Positions 9,966 through 21,430 of a DNA stretch of 64,000 nucleotides are shown piece after piece; within the stretch, counting starts at the first letter, position 1; each line of letters begins with the position of its first letter. The stretch is from Cyanophora paradoxa CCMP329 (Eukaryota; Plantae; Glaucophyta). Location: the NCBI GenBank assembly GCA_004431415.1, contig QPMI01000100.1:290908-354907 (forward strand), in the 5' to 3' direction. The position numbers and the translations under genes are program-made. The notes under the pieces are model-generated. The model ran no database searches, was not told the origin of the DNA, and saw only the letters and a program-made list of their open reading frames with translations.

Positions 9966-12957
9966 TCACTTGCGGGAAAAGAAGGTGGCGATGCCGGCCG
10001 GGGCCTCCGCTCGCTTCGCCCGCTTCGGGGCCGGCGCAGGGAGCGCGGCCGCCGCCGCCTGCTGCTCGGCCCGCGCCAGCCGCTCCGCCAGGTGGAAGTC
10101 CTGTGGGGTACAGGGTACAGGATTAAGAACGAGGGGGGAGCGGAAGAGGAGGGGGTACGCGAACCGCGTGCTCCTGGAGGGCCCGCGGGTCCGGGGGCAG
10201 GCGGGCGCCGCACTGGGGGCAGGGCGCCGGCGGCGCTGCGGTCCTCTCCTCCTCCTGAGACGAGTCGACCTCGATGACGCAATCCTCGGCCCGCGAGGCG
10301 GGGGGAGGTGAGCTCGAGGCGGCCGGGGCCGGGCGGAAGTAGTTCTGGAGAGCCCCGGGAGGCGGGGGTGGGGGCGCAGCTGCAGGGGCGGGAGGAGGGG
10401 CGGGGGCGGGGGAGGCTGGGCGGTGGGGTCGGACGGGGGTGCGGGTCGGAAGAATTTGTGGAGGCCGGAGGGTGCAGGGGGCGCGGGGGGCGGGGCCGGC
10501 GCGGGGGGCGGCTGCGCGGCGGCAGCGGAGGGCCCCAGGTCGGACGGGGGTGGGATGGGGGAGGGGGAGGTGGAGGGGCGGAAGAACTGGGCGATGCCGG
10601 CGGGGGCGGGGCGGAGGGGCAGGGCGGGGGTAGTAGGAGCGGCGGAGGACGACGAGAGGGCGGGGGCGGGGGCGGCGGGCCCGGGTACGGGAGCGGACGA
10701 AGGGGCGGGGGCGGGGAAGAAAGCGCCTATCTCGCGCTGCCTCACATCGACCTCCTCAAAGCCCACGCACTGCGACCCGTACCCTCAGGAGGTGGGGGGG
10801 AAGGAGTCGGGCAGGGGTACGGGATCGGACCTGGATGGAGAGGAGGGTGACGGGGTACCGGGCGGCGCGGCGCCAGAGGATCAGAGCCGCCTTCACGATC
10901 GCGTCGCAGTCGTGCCGAACGTCCGCCTCGTGCTGCAGAAGGGCTGTACCCCCCGCCTCCTCGCCCCCCGGGGCCTCCGCCTCGCCCTCCGCCTCGGCGT
11001 CGTGCTCCGGGGCGGGCCGGGCGGGCGCGGGGCCTCCTAGGAGCTCGCGGGCGTGACAGCGGAGGCCCGATGGTACGAGGCCGGCGAGGGACTCGGTACG
11101 CAGGCCCCTCATACCCCGCCAGATCAAATTCAGCGTCCGCGGCCGCCGCCGCCACGTCACGAAGTCTGCCGCCATCGTGAGTGAGGCGCGCCGAAAGCAT
11201 TCCAAAGATCCGCGCGCCGCACCAAGCCGCATCCGCTGCACGAGCTCTCGCGCTGCGGAGCGTCAGCGGGACGGGCGGGGCGCCCGGAAACGCGTGGCGG
11301 ACCGAGGATGTGGAGCCACTTGGTGACTCCCGCGAGGGAGTACTCCTGCGGGGGATGTTGTTAGGCCTCTAGTCCCGCCCGGCCGGTCCCGAGGGCGGGC
11401 CGCGGGGTACCTCGTTAAAGCTCTTCGCGGCAAGCATAGACTGCGGCGAGCGGAGCTCTCAGAAGGGTGCCAAACGCTGGGCACAGCAAAAAGCCGAAGG
11501 AAGAGAGGGCGCGCCTTGGGGCGGGTGCGGGGTATGACGTCGGAATCGTCTACCCCCCTGACGATCCGGTAGAGCCAGGCCGCCTGCTTCTCCCCCACCG
11601 CCGCCGCCAGCTCATCCTCCCCCACAGCCACGAGGTCCCCCGCCATCTCAACCTGCGTACCCCTCAGGGGCCGGGGGGGGGGAGTTGGGGGTACGAAGGG
11701 CGCGCGCGCCTGCGGGAACCGCTCCTTGACGAGCTGGCCGAGCTTGCCCCCGAGGAACCTGTACCCCCGGTCATCGGCGAGGGCGGGCGGGTGGGGTAAA
11801 GGGAGCCGGAGAGGGGGTACCGGATCTTGGTGAGGGGCGTGCGGCCCATGAGCTCGGGGACGGCCGGGGCGGGTACGACGGTCTGCTTGTTGGGCTTGTT
11901 CATGCCGGAGCCGAGCTTGGCGATCGCCTTGCCGTGGGCGACGCCGGCGGAACACGTGAATCGCGTAGCCGCGAAGACGGCCCGCCGCAGCCGCAGCGCG
12001 ATCGCCGCGCCGACGAGCAGCCGCCGGCCCCCGTTGTCCTCCTGATCCAGCACCCCCGCCGCCCCGTACACGACGACGTTCGCCCCGGCCCACGCGCCGT
12101 CGGCGCCGGCGGGCGGTCCCGCGGCGGCGGCGGCGCCGTGCGGGGCGGGGAGCAGGGCCTCGATCTCCTCAGGGGTACGGTGCGCCCAGCCGTGCGCCCC
12201 GAGGTTCAGGAGCGCCTCGTCGACCTCGGCGCTCACGTCCATGTACGCTGCGAAGGGTTCAGGGGGCGTGCGGGGGAGGGGGTACGCGAAAACAGCGTTG
12301 GGGGTAGGGTACCCTCGTCGATGCTGGCCTTCTCGATGGGCGTGTGGGAGGAGAGGTTGCGCGCGAAGACGTCGAAGATCTCCTGCGGGCGGGATGGGCG
12401 GGTCAGCGCGGCCGCCTCGGCTCGGCTCTGCATCCCGGCCGACCTGCGAGGCCCGCCGATAGCGCTCCAGGCAGGCCTTCTGGCTGAGGCGAGAGGTCTC
12501 GCCGCCCTCGCCGCCGCCCGGGTTGTTCCCGATCGTCTCCACGTGGACGAGCACGATGTCGGGGCACAGCTCCTTCGCCTGCTCTATGCTGCAGAAGCGC
12601 GCCACGCCCTTCGCCCGCGCCGCGTAGTTCACGGCGATGAGCCCGTCCCATTGCCTGGCGTGCGAGAGAGGGAGCTCATTGGCGTGGAGCTTGACACGGC
12701 GGCACACGGAGCGCGCACCGAACTGCGAGAGGGATAGAGGGGTCCAAATTCAATCGCTTTGCCTCCACCTGCGCATAGACTGCGGCAGGGCACGCGTCAG
12801 CGGTAGGCGAACGCGTGCGGGTTCAAATTCTGGGCAGCCGCTCACTGCCGCGCGGGCTCGGTTAGCGTCTGCAATCAGCCACGTCGTGCATACAGAGCGC
12901 GCACCATGCGTCCAGATCCACATGGATCACAACGCGTCGGGTGTTGATGGAAACCAT
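9966..12957 (-). CDS. POLH: DNA polymerase eta (Y-family translesion polymerase), multi-exon
   Basis: Spliced: MVSINTRRVVIHVDLDAFYAQVE...PLAVRQWDGLIAVNYAARAKGV...LERYRRAS...IEKASIDEAYMDV...FTCSAGVAHGKAIAKLGSGMNKPNKQT...FLGGKLG. UBZ CPQCG...QEHA|DFHLA; C-terminal NLS/PIP-like PKRAKR...IATFFSRK*. One apparent frameshift or unresolved intron in the Pro-rich tail. Confidence 0.93.
12780..12905 (-). other. Candidate [D1,2] stwintron (internal intron 12904-12845 nested in the donor of an external intron)
   Basis: G|GTGCGC..GCTAAC..GGCAG|TGAGC..GCTGAC..CCGCAG; two-step removal gives GAC GCA T|TC TAT = DAFY. Confidence 0.7.
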
Positions 12958-13223
12958 GCAACGGCGCTCGCGCTGCCCTCAGATACCTCCAGAATCCATG
13001 CAGAGCCTAGCTACAACACTGCACGCTCGCGTATCGGCCCGCAGGTGCGTCTGACTCTCGCTAGGGTGCGTGTTCTGCGTCGGTTCGGGTGAAACTGCCT
13101 CTGCTGAAACTACGGCGCTCGCAAAGCACAAGCAGGCCGCTAAGCAGCCGGTGAGCGGCCAAAAAGGCGCGACGGTTTCTGGGTACCGCTGCATTCGGAG
13201 CGCTGCAAGCCGCGTCCGCTGCG

Positions 13224-14730
13224 ATGCCAAGCGGGAACGCATCGAAGCTCCCGTGGCGTGCGCCGCGCCGCGTGCTGCTGACGGTGTGGGCGCTTCTGGC
13301 GCTCGTCCTGGTATCCTCGGCGTACCTTGCGGGGCTCTTGAGCGCGAAGCGCGCGGTGCCGCAGCACGCCGCCGCGCTGCGATCTGCAGTGGTGCTCATG
13401 GCTCTTCCTCGAGGCCCGGCGCATGCGGGAGCAAGCGCTTCCAAAGTGCGTTTAGCCAGCCGGCTGCATGCGGATTCGCCAGCTGCTGAGCGCTTCGCAG
13501 GCGAACAGGCTGTTCCCAGCATCCGTAATGAATAAGGCGAAGTGCGCGTGTGACGCCCGCCCGCCCGCCTGATCGTAATCCGCATCGTATTGAACTTTCG
13601 CCCGGCCAGCTACGCTCGAAGTCATGGATACAGCTTCCGTACGTTTTTTTGCACCCTCGCGTTCGCGCGCGAGAGTTCTCTTCGACGGCGCCCAGGCGTG
13701 GACATGGAGGACGTTCCGAACGGCTGGACGAACCACGTGCGTTTTGCATGCATTCTCGCCTGCCAGGCTGCACTTCCCTGACTAGCCGCTCCCAGTGGTC
13801 GAAGGTGGGCGTTTGATGCACTTCGTGCTTTTTTAAACGCTCACATTCTCCACCACGGCACAGCTCTACGCCTTGCGTAGAGCGGCGAAAGAATTCCAGT
13901 GATGCCCATGCAGAAGCTAGATCAGCTGTGTCTCTGCTCAGCCTTAGCGCAGATGGACTCTCTGGAAGGATGTGGACGTGTTTATAACCAATCAGACGAC
14001 AACTATCGACGAGATGCTGCAGATACCCAGATCAAAGGGCCTCGATCCTGACAGTGTGCTTCTGGTTGCTCCCTGCCTCTTTCCCGACTCCCGACCCAGT
14101 GATCACGGGCATTGCAGTGCTGGTTTGCTGCTGCGATAATGTGGAAGGCTCGGGCCAACTCAAGTTCTTCGTGAGTGGAGGTGAGAGGGCGTTGTAAGGA
14201 GAAACACAACAGATGCCAATTTTGATGCCGATTGTGATCAGAGCCTAACCAGCATGTGAACACTGGCAGCTTGCTTTTGCGCTCATCGCCTTGGTAAACA
14301 GATCTCTATCTGTACTATACATTATGCACGTGGATAACATTGCCTCCTCCTCATCTCAGGACGTCCGCCTTTCTGAATGAGGTCCTGGCCGTCGGCCCTA
14401 TTCCTGGGCATGTATGGAATGACCAGGTGGGCATCAACATACCAGCATCCGCACTCAATTACAATTGAATGCGCATTAGCTGAATTCATCTTGATACAGA
14501 TCAGCATCATCCATGTGCTCGACCGCATGCAGCGGGAGCAGCATAACGTCACAGCACATGTCTTCTGTGGCAAGGAGCTTGCACAGCTCTGGCGATACGC
14601 GGACGGCAGCAGCCCTCCGGGAACATTCAGCGAGCACTATGCAGGCAACTTCTGCAAGGACTTGGCGTGCATCGATCAGCTCCTACAAAGAGCAGTAGAG
14701 GGCCTGAACACCTCCAGATCAGCCCAGTGA
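13224..14730 (+). CDS. Type II membrane glycosyltransferase, GT34 (GMA12/MNN10-like)
   Basis: N-terminal TM (VLLTVWALLALVLV); spliced motifs MNKANYARSHGYSF, WSK, WTLWKDVDVFITN (DxD), VNTGSLLLRSSPWTSAFLNEVL, WNDQ, FSEHYAG. Confidence 0.8.
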
Positions 14731-14976
14731 GCTTCGTATGCACAGTCAGCCTTCGCATTGCAGCAAACTCATCTGCATTTTTAAAACATGATGGAAACTA
14801 CTGCATGCTCGATGTTCGGGGGCTCAAAAGTGTGGAAGATCCTGAAGACTCTGAATCCTTGGCCTAATCGTGAAGTTAGAACTTTGCACAAGAATGAAAC
14901 GCATCAGCCTTCAGACCTGTGTCGATTAAGAAACGAAATTGTGTACATGTCTCCACAGAGCTGTCATGCGAGCGTG

Positions 14977-15894
14977 CTACTGCAGGGAAGCCACAATGGA
15001 TTGCACAGCCATGTAGGTCCTGGGGCAAAGCTGCGGGCCGGAGTCGGGATCCAGTCTGTCGGCCAGGGCAAGGAGATCGTTTTTATCTGTAGTGGCTTCA
15101 GAGAGCATGCAAAAATGAGAACATTGAAGGGTGTGCATCACCATCCACGTCCTCATACGTGGCCCGAGCAAGGCTGCAGGGCACGCCAGCTCGCTGCAAG
15201 GCTTCGATCTGCTTTTGCCCGGTCTGTTCGCAACTCCACGGGATGTCGCGGAAGACTTCCGATGAACGGGGCTTATCGCTGCAGGCCGGGGAAAGCGAGA
15301 GAAGAACGTAGCTGCAAGGAATCACTGCATCAGCTGCAGAAACACGACAGATTTGTAGAGAGCGGACACGAACCCGCCATCACACGCTTTTGCGAGGAAA
15401 GCTTTGGGCTCTGCGGTCTGAACCACCTCATCAGCTTCCTCAAGCAGGGACCTGGGAATGTCTGGCAGGTCCTGCGAAGAGGATGGCCAGTCATGCGCCT
15501 CGACGCGTACGTAAGAAAGCGAGAGATAACGCACGCTTCCAATGAAGATCGAAGCCCGTCGGGAGGCTACAGGGTGCTCCAGCGCGGCCTGCAGACGGTC
15601 GCCGAGAGATCCGCCCGCTAACTGAGGAACCAGATCCCAGCGCGTAGACAGCTCCGGGCGCAACTCGAGCAGAAGTTCCCGCATCCTCGACTCGTCGCCG
15701 GAGTAGTAGAGGTACAACGCAATCCGCTCGCTGAGCGTCGCCGCCAGGCGCTCAAGGAGGTCAAGCAGCGCGGCCCGAGCGAAAGTCGCTGCGTGCTCCG
15801 GTCCAATCCCGCTGGCCAGGCGAGTTTTGCATGCTCCAGGAAGCGGGTACTTCGCGACAAGGAACAGCGCGGTCCGCGCGGCCGGCCCGGGCAT
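14977..15894 (-). CDS. DUF2064 / TIGR04282-like (CofC-like, GT-A fold) transferase, 4 exons
   Basis: LFLVAKYPLPGACKTRLA, PQLAGGSLGDRLQAA, IFIGS|DLPDI, ACDGG|YVLLSL, FRDIPWS, YEDVD|DKNDLLAL; canonical GT-AG introns. Confidence 0.85.
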
Positions 15895-16269
15895 GCGACT
15901 GCTGGCGCTGCAGGCCCGCACGCACGTCAGCGGCGCTTTGGCCAAAGGCGCATACGAGAGCATGTACTTATACGCACGTGTAGAAGCAGCGCAGGGCTCC
16001 TCACTGAGAGCTGCGTCAGTCTGACCGCCGTACTCTGGCTGCTTGTCGCGCACCGCACGGCGTCGGGTCAGGCTGCGATGCGGCACTGCAGCTGGCTCGT
16101 TCGGCCTCTCCCCTACTTACACCCCCTCGGGCCTGGTCCTTTGTACCCCTGGTCCTGGTCCTTGTACCCCGGCCCTTGTTTCCTATTGTACCCCCTTTAC
16201 CCCTCTCTTTGCCGCTCCCTGCGATGCAGCAGCTCCGTAGGCGTTGAAGGTGTGGTGCAGATTCTGTAC

Positions 16270-19200
16270 TCAAAAAGCGTCCTGCTTGCTAGAGCGAGCG
16301 AATCTAGGGGGAAGAGGGGGCGCCGCTGCGGGGCCCCGTATGTACACTGGAGAGTCCCGCCGGGTCGCGGCCGGGGGCGCCGATGCGCCTACTTGGCGGC
16401 GCGGGCCTTGGCCTCCTCGTGGGCCTTCTCCGCCGCGGCCTTGGCCTCCGCGGCCGCCGCGCGCATCGCCTGCGCCGCGTCGCGCGTCTTCTCCGCCGCC
16501 GCCTTCGCCTCGGCGGCCACGCCCTTGCGCTTCTCGGCCTCGGCCTTGGCGGCCTCGGCGGCCTCCTTGTCGGAGCCCGGCTTGGCGAGCTCCAGCGTCG
16601 CCTTCTTGACCTCCATCTCCGCCTTGGCCTGCTCCATGGCCGCCTTCTTGGCCGCCGTCTCCGCCGAGGCCGCCTCTAGCTCGGCCTTCTTCAGGTCCTG
16701 CTCGGCCCGCGCCAGCGCGATGGCCGCCTGCTCGACCTCTGCGCCGGACTTGGCCTTGTCGAGCTCGGCCCGCTGCATGGAGGCCTCCCGCTTGAGCTTG
16801 GCCATGTCCTCGGCAGCGGGGACCTTGCCAGCGTCGAAGCTCTTCATCGCCTGCACCTCGTCCATCATCGTCTTGCGCGCCGCGTCCGCCATCTCCTTCT
16901 CCTTCTTCAGCACGTCCATCTGCTTCCTGTAGAAGTCCTCCATCTGCTCCTTCTCCTTCTTCACCGAGTCGACCTCCGAGCGGGGCGCGCGCGGGGCCCC
17001 CAGCTTGGCGCCCGGGCCGCCCATCGGGGTCGGCTCCACCTCGTCGCCGTGCCCGTACACCTGCGCCTCTTATATTAGCCGGCGCCGGCCCCCGGCCCCC
17101 GGCCCCCGCCCCCCGCTCGCCTGGAGGGTGATGTGGTCGTTCTTGAGGTAGTTGATGAAGTCGGGCGTGACGGTCGGGATCGCGAAGGTCTTGGAGTAGT
17201 GGAAGTCGAGCTGCTGGCCCGTCGACTTGCCGGGGATCGCCTTGGTCCGGAACGCCTCGCGCTCGAGGTAGAACCGGAACTCGACGAAGGGGTCGTTGAT
17301 GCCCACGAACTCCTTGGCCGACTCGATGTTGACCATGAGGTGCATGCTCTTCCCGATGAGCTGGATCGGGTCGTCGATCTCGGCCGCGTCCTCCTGCTCG
17401 GCGAGCTTGCGGCCCTCGGCGTCCACGACGAAGAGCTGGACCTTGAGCATGCCCTTCTTGGCGCCGCTGTAGTCCACGACGTGGTACCAGTCGTCCACGT
17501 CGAGGATGTAGGCGAGGGGCTGGAGGAAGACCTGGCAGCGCCCGATGACGGTGTCCTCGGGGGGGTCCCAGAACGGGTCCTCGGCCTTGGGGAGGAGCAC
17601 GGGCCCCTGCTCCAGGAAGTTCTGGTAGACGTCGCGGATAAGGTGGATGCGGTTCTCGAACTTCTCGATGTCCCAGAGCCAGACGGTCTTCGTGGCGACC
17701 TGCTCGACGCGCACGCGCATCTCCATCTTCGTCGACGAGATGCTCGAGATGCCGACGCTGGCCTCGCCGATCGTGTCCACCAGCTTGACCTCGAAGGTGA
17801 CGCCCTTCTTCAGCTCCTGGGCGATCATGTTGCACTCGTTCACCTGCGCGGAGCGGAGCGGAGTTAGATTGGATGGATCGGATGGGATAGATTGGAAGGC
17901 TGGCTCGCCTCTGGGATGATTCGGTTGAGGGAGTCCTCCATGAGGGCCATGTCGCGCTTGCGCTTGCCGGCCTGCTCCTCGATCATCTGGAGCGCCTTGG
18001 CCTTCTCCTCCAGCTCCTTCTCCTTCGCCTCGAGGAGCTTCTTGAGGTCGTCGTGGCCCGAGACGCCCAGCGACTCGAGCTCCTTCTTGCGCTTGGCGGC
18101 CTCCTCCTCCAGCTGCCGCATCTTCTCCTCGAACTCCTTCCGCCGCTGCGCCTCCTCCTCGTCCATCTTGCCCGACGCTGCCCCCAGGCTCATCCTGCGA
18201 GGCAGGCGGGGCGCTCAGCGGCGAGGAAAGGCAGAGCTGAGCGGAGCGGAGCCGGGCGCGCGGGCGCACCCGAGGCCCTGGGCCTCGACGAACTCCTTCT
18301 GGGCGAACTCCCACGTGAAGTCGAACGAGGGGTCGCCCGTCGGCATCTGGAAGCGGTAGAAGTGGTTCATCCCGAAGATGATGCGGTCGTTGTGGCTCAG
18401 CTGCGTCGGCGAGGTCGCCTGCTTGCCGTTCACGAAGGTCTTGGCGCCCGCCTTGGGGACCAGCGTCACGACGCCGTCGGCGTTGGTGAACTCGCAGTGC
18501 TCGGCCTGGATGTTGAGGCCGGCGAGGCCGATCTGTGGCGGCGGGCTCGTGTTCTTCTTGCCGGCGCGCGTCGTCTCGCCGGGCTTGATCAGGTAGACGA
18601 TCTTCTCGGAGAGGAGCAGGTCCTCGTTCAGGTTCGTCAGGAGCGGCGTGACCTTCTTGTCGTCCTCCGAGATGCCGGCCTGGGCCGTGACGAAGGCCGC
18701 CGCCTCCGACATGCGCTGCTCCCAGGACTTCTGCTTCTCGGCGAGGAGCGCCTCGTTCTGGCGCATCTGGTCCTCGAACTCCTTCTTGAGGCGCTCGACC
18801 TCGGCCGGGTCCGCGCCGCCGCCCGCCCCGATGGCGATCCCGCCCGTCTCCAGTGCCTTCTTCAGGCGGTCGTTCTCCTCCTTCAGCTCGCGGATGAGCT
18901 GCGCGCAGCTCAGAGCGCGCCCCGGGTCGGGTCGAGCGAGCGCGGCCGGCGCGGCGCGCCTTCTCGGTCGGGTTCTCGTTCTTGATGGCGGCGTTCTTGA
19001 TCTTCTTGGCGCGGTCGGCGTACCGGAGCGTCGAGAGGGTCTCCTCGTAGTTGATGTCGGCGGGCGACAGGGCGCAAATCATGCTGCGGGAGCGCACGCA
19101 CGTTAGAAGCGGGCGGGCGTCAGGGCGGGCAGGCGGAGCAGAGCGGGGCGCACATGGTCTTGGAGTTGCCACCCAGGGCGTCTTGCAGGAGACGCGTGAG

Positions 19201-21242
19201 CACCGAGTTACGGTACGGGACGAAGACGCCCTTCTTGCCGGTCGACTGCGCCGCCCCGCGTCACTCGGGGCCGGCTCGGCGGAGAGGCGGCTGGGCGGGC
19301 GGCTGGCGCCGGGGGGGGGGGGGGGGGGGGGGGGGGGCGCACCGCGTCGGCGAGGGCCGAAATCACGTTACCCAGGGCGGAGAGCGACTGGTTGATGGCG
19401 CACCCCTCCTGCTCGCCGGCGGCGCGGTCAGAAGCGTCCGAGCGGGCGGGCGGGCGGGCCGGCGGGGCTCGCCTTGAGGCGGTCGCCCGTGGCGCCGGTG
19501 GACTCGGCACGCTCCGAGCCAGCCAGATCGATCTGTCCGTCCGTCAGGCGCGGCTCGGCTTCCGGGGAAGGGCGGCAGGCTCCAACGGACCAGGTTGATC
19601 TTGGACGATGTCTCGGACTTCCCGAGCGGAGTGTTCTGCGCCGCGCACCCTCAGGAACCGAAGCCGATCGAGGGAGGGGCGGGGGAGAGAAAGGGGGGAC
19701 GCACGGTGACGATGGTGAAAGTGATGGTGAACACAGTGTGCGCGCGCGAGCTCGTAGCATTCACTGGCGAGGCGGGGGGGGGGGGATCAGCGGGGGTACA
19801 GGCGGCGGGACGGGGCGGGGGCCTCGGGCGGACTCTGCGTGGAGCCAATGGTACGGTTGGTCGTGCCTTCGTCCATCTGGCGCTCGACCTCCTTGTAGCT
19901 CGTGCAGGGGATGCTGCGCGGCGGAGTGAGGCCCGGGCGAGCGGACGGGCGGGCGGCGGCGCCGGTGCCCCGCGTCTGAGGGAGCAAGCGCACGCGGCGA
20001 GGTCCTCGACGTAGACACCGCGCTTGTCTTGCTTGACCTTCAGGCCGCCCGGCGGGTTGTTCTTCGGGTTGAGGAGGTCGCGGACCTCTGCTCGGGCCCC
20101 GCGTCAGCGGGGGCGCGTCCGCGGGGCGCGTCCGCTGCGGCCGAGAAGCGGGGCGCGGGACCGGCGCGCGCACTCTCGTTGTAGATCTCAAGCATACTGA
20201 CAGTCATCTGGAAGGACTTGGCCGGGTCCGGGTTCGCCGTGATTCGCTCGAACATGGTTTCGCAGCTGCCGGGGGCGCGTCAGGAAGCGAAGGGACACGG
20301 AGCAGCGGGGAGCGGAAGGATTATGACACGGAATCGGGCAACGAAGAGGGAAGGAGGGAGGGCGCAGCGCTTCGCGGAGCGCGTGTGCGGCGGGGGGCGC
20401 GAGCTCACGTAATGGGAATGATACCCTTGTTGGTACCGTAGCCGACCATAGAGTACGACTTGCCGGCACCGGTCTGTCACATGCAATTAGCGCGCGCGAG
20501 AGCGATGCCGGGAACGCAGGTGGGGCGCGCTGACTTGGCCGTACGCGAACAGACTGACGGGGGAGCGCAAGTCAGGCGGACGCCGAGCGGCGCGCGAAGA
20601 TGCTGCGCGCACCTGCAGTTGTATCCGTTCCACGCATTGTCGAGCACGGAGGTACCCAGGTCGTCGAACACCTTCCGCTGAGACGCGTACTTGGGCGATA
20701 CTGAAGGGATAGGTCAGCGCGGACCGACCGACGCGTCACGAAGGCCAAAGCACCTGCGACGGAGTAGCCCGTCTCATCGTTGACGAAGCCGTCTGCAAGG
20801 CGGTATCAGGACGCCGTCAAGCGGATTCCTCGCAAGCTTGCGCAAGAGCGCTAGCGGACCGTGCGACCAGTACGAGAAATCGAAAGCGAAGTGCTTCGGC
20901 TCGTCTGTGTTAAAAGCCTCACGTCAGCTCGCGGGCGCTGGGTCGAAAACGAAGCGATGCGGACTCGTTTCGGGATTGACGATGGAAGTCTGCGTACGGG
21001 CGAGCGGTCAGCGACAGACGCCAGGAACTATGAAAGTTAATGCAATAGCGCACCTGGACCCCCTCCATCTCGATAATCTGCAGTGCAAAGTACAAATAGA
21101 TCAGGGTTGCTTGCCAGGTCAACGCGCGCTCGCCGGGGAAGCTGGGGCGAGTCTGGTGTGCACATACCACTTTGGAGTTGCGGTCCTTCTCACGCTGGTT
21201 GAAGGGCCGCACACGCACGGCGACGCGAACTGCTTCGCTCAT
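16270..21242 (-). CDS. Kinesin-3, KIF28/KLP-6-like (motor, FHA, C2-like domain, Ala/Lys/Glu coiled tail), ~21 introns
   Basis: [87 protein letters not shown]...[14 protein letters not shown]. Stop at 16389, or 16270 if a last intron is used. Confidence 0.93.
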
Positions 21243-21430
21243 CTTCTAGAGCTGGGTGCGTCTGGAGCGCTTCCAATACAAAGTACAGTTGAGGCGAACG
21301 CCGGACGCTTCAAAGACGGGTTAAAAGACGGGCCCAGCTGAGCAACTTCTTGGACCTTCCAGGGACGACACTTGTACCCCCAGCAGCCGCTGCAAAGCGG
21401 CTGCTTCGCGTTCCTGGCGGCGAGCGTGCG
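21243..21430. promoter_or_regulatory. Putative bidirectional promoter between divergent kinesin and MFS genes
   Basis: Only 188 bp between the opposed ATGs; lower GC. Confidence 0.4.
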
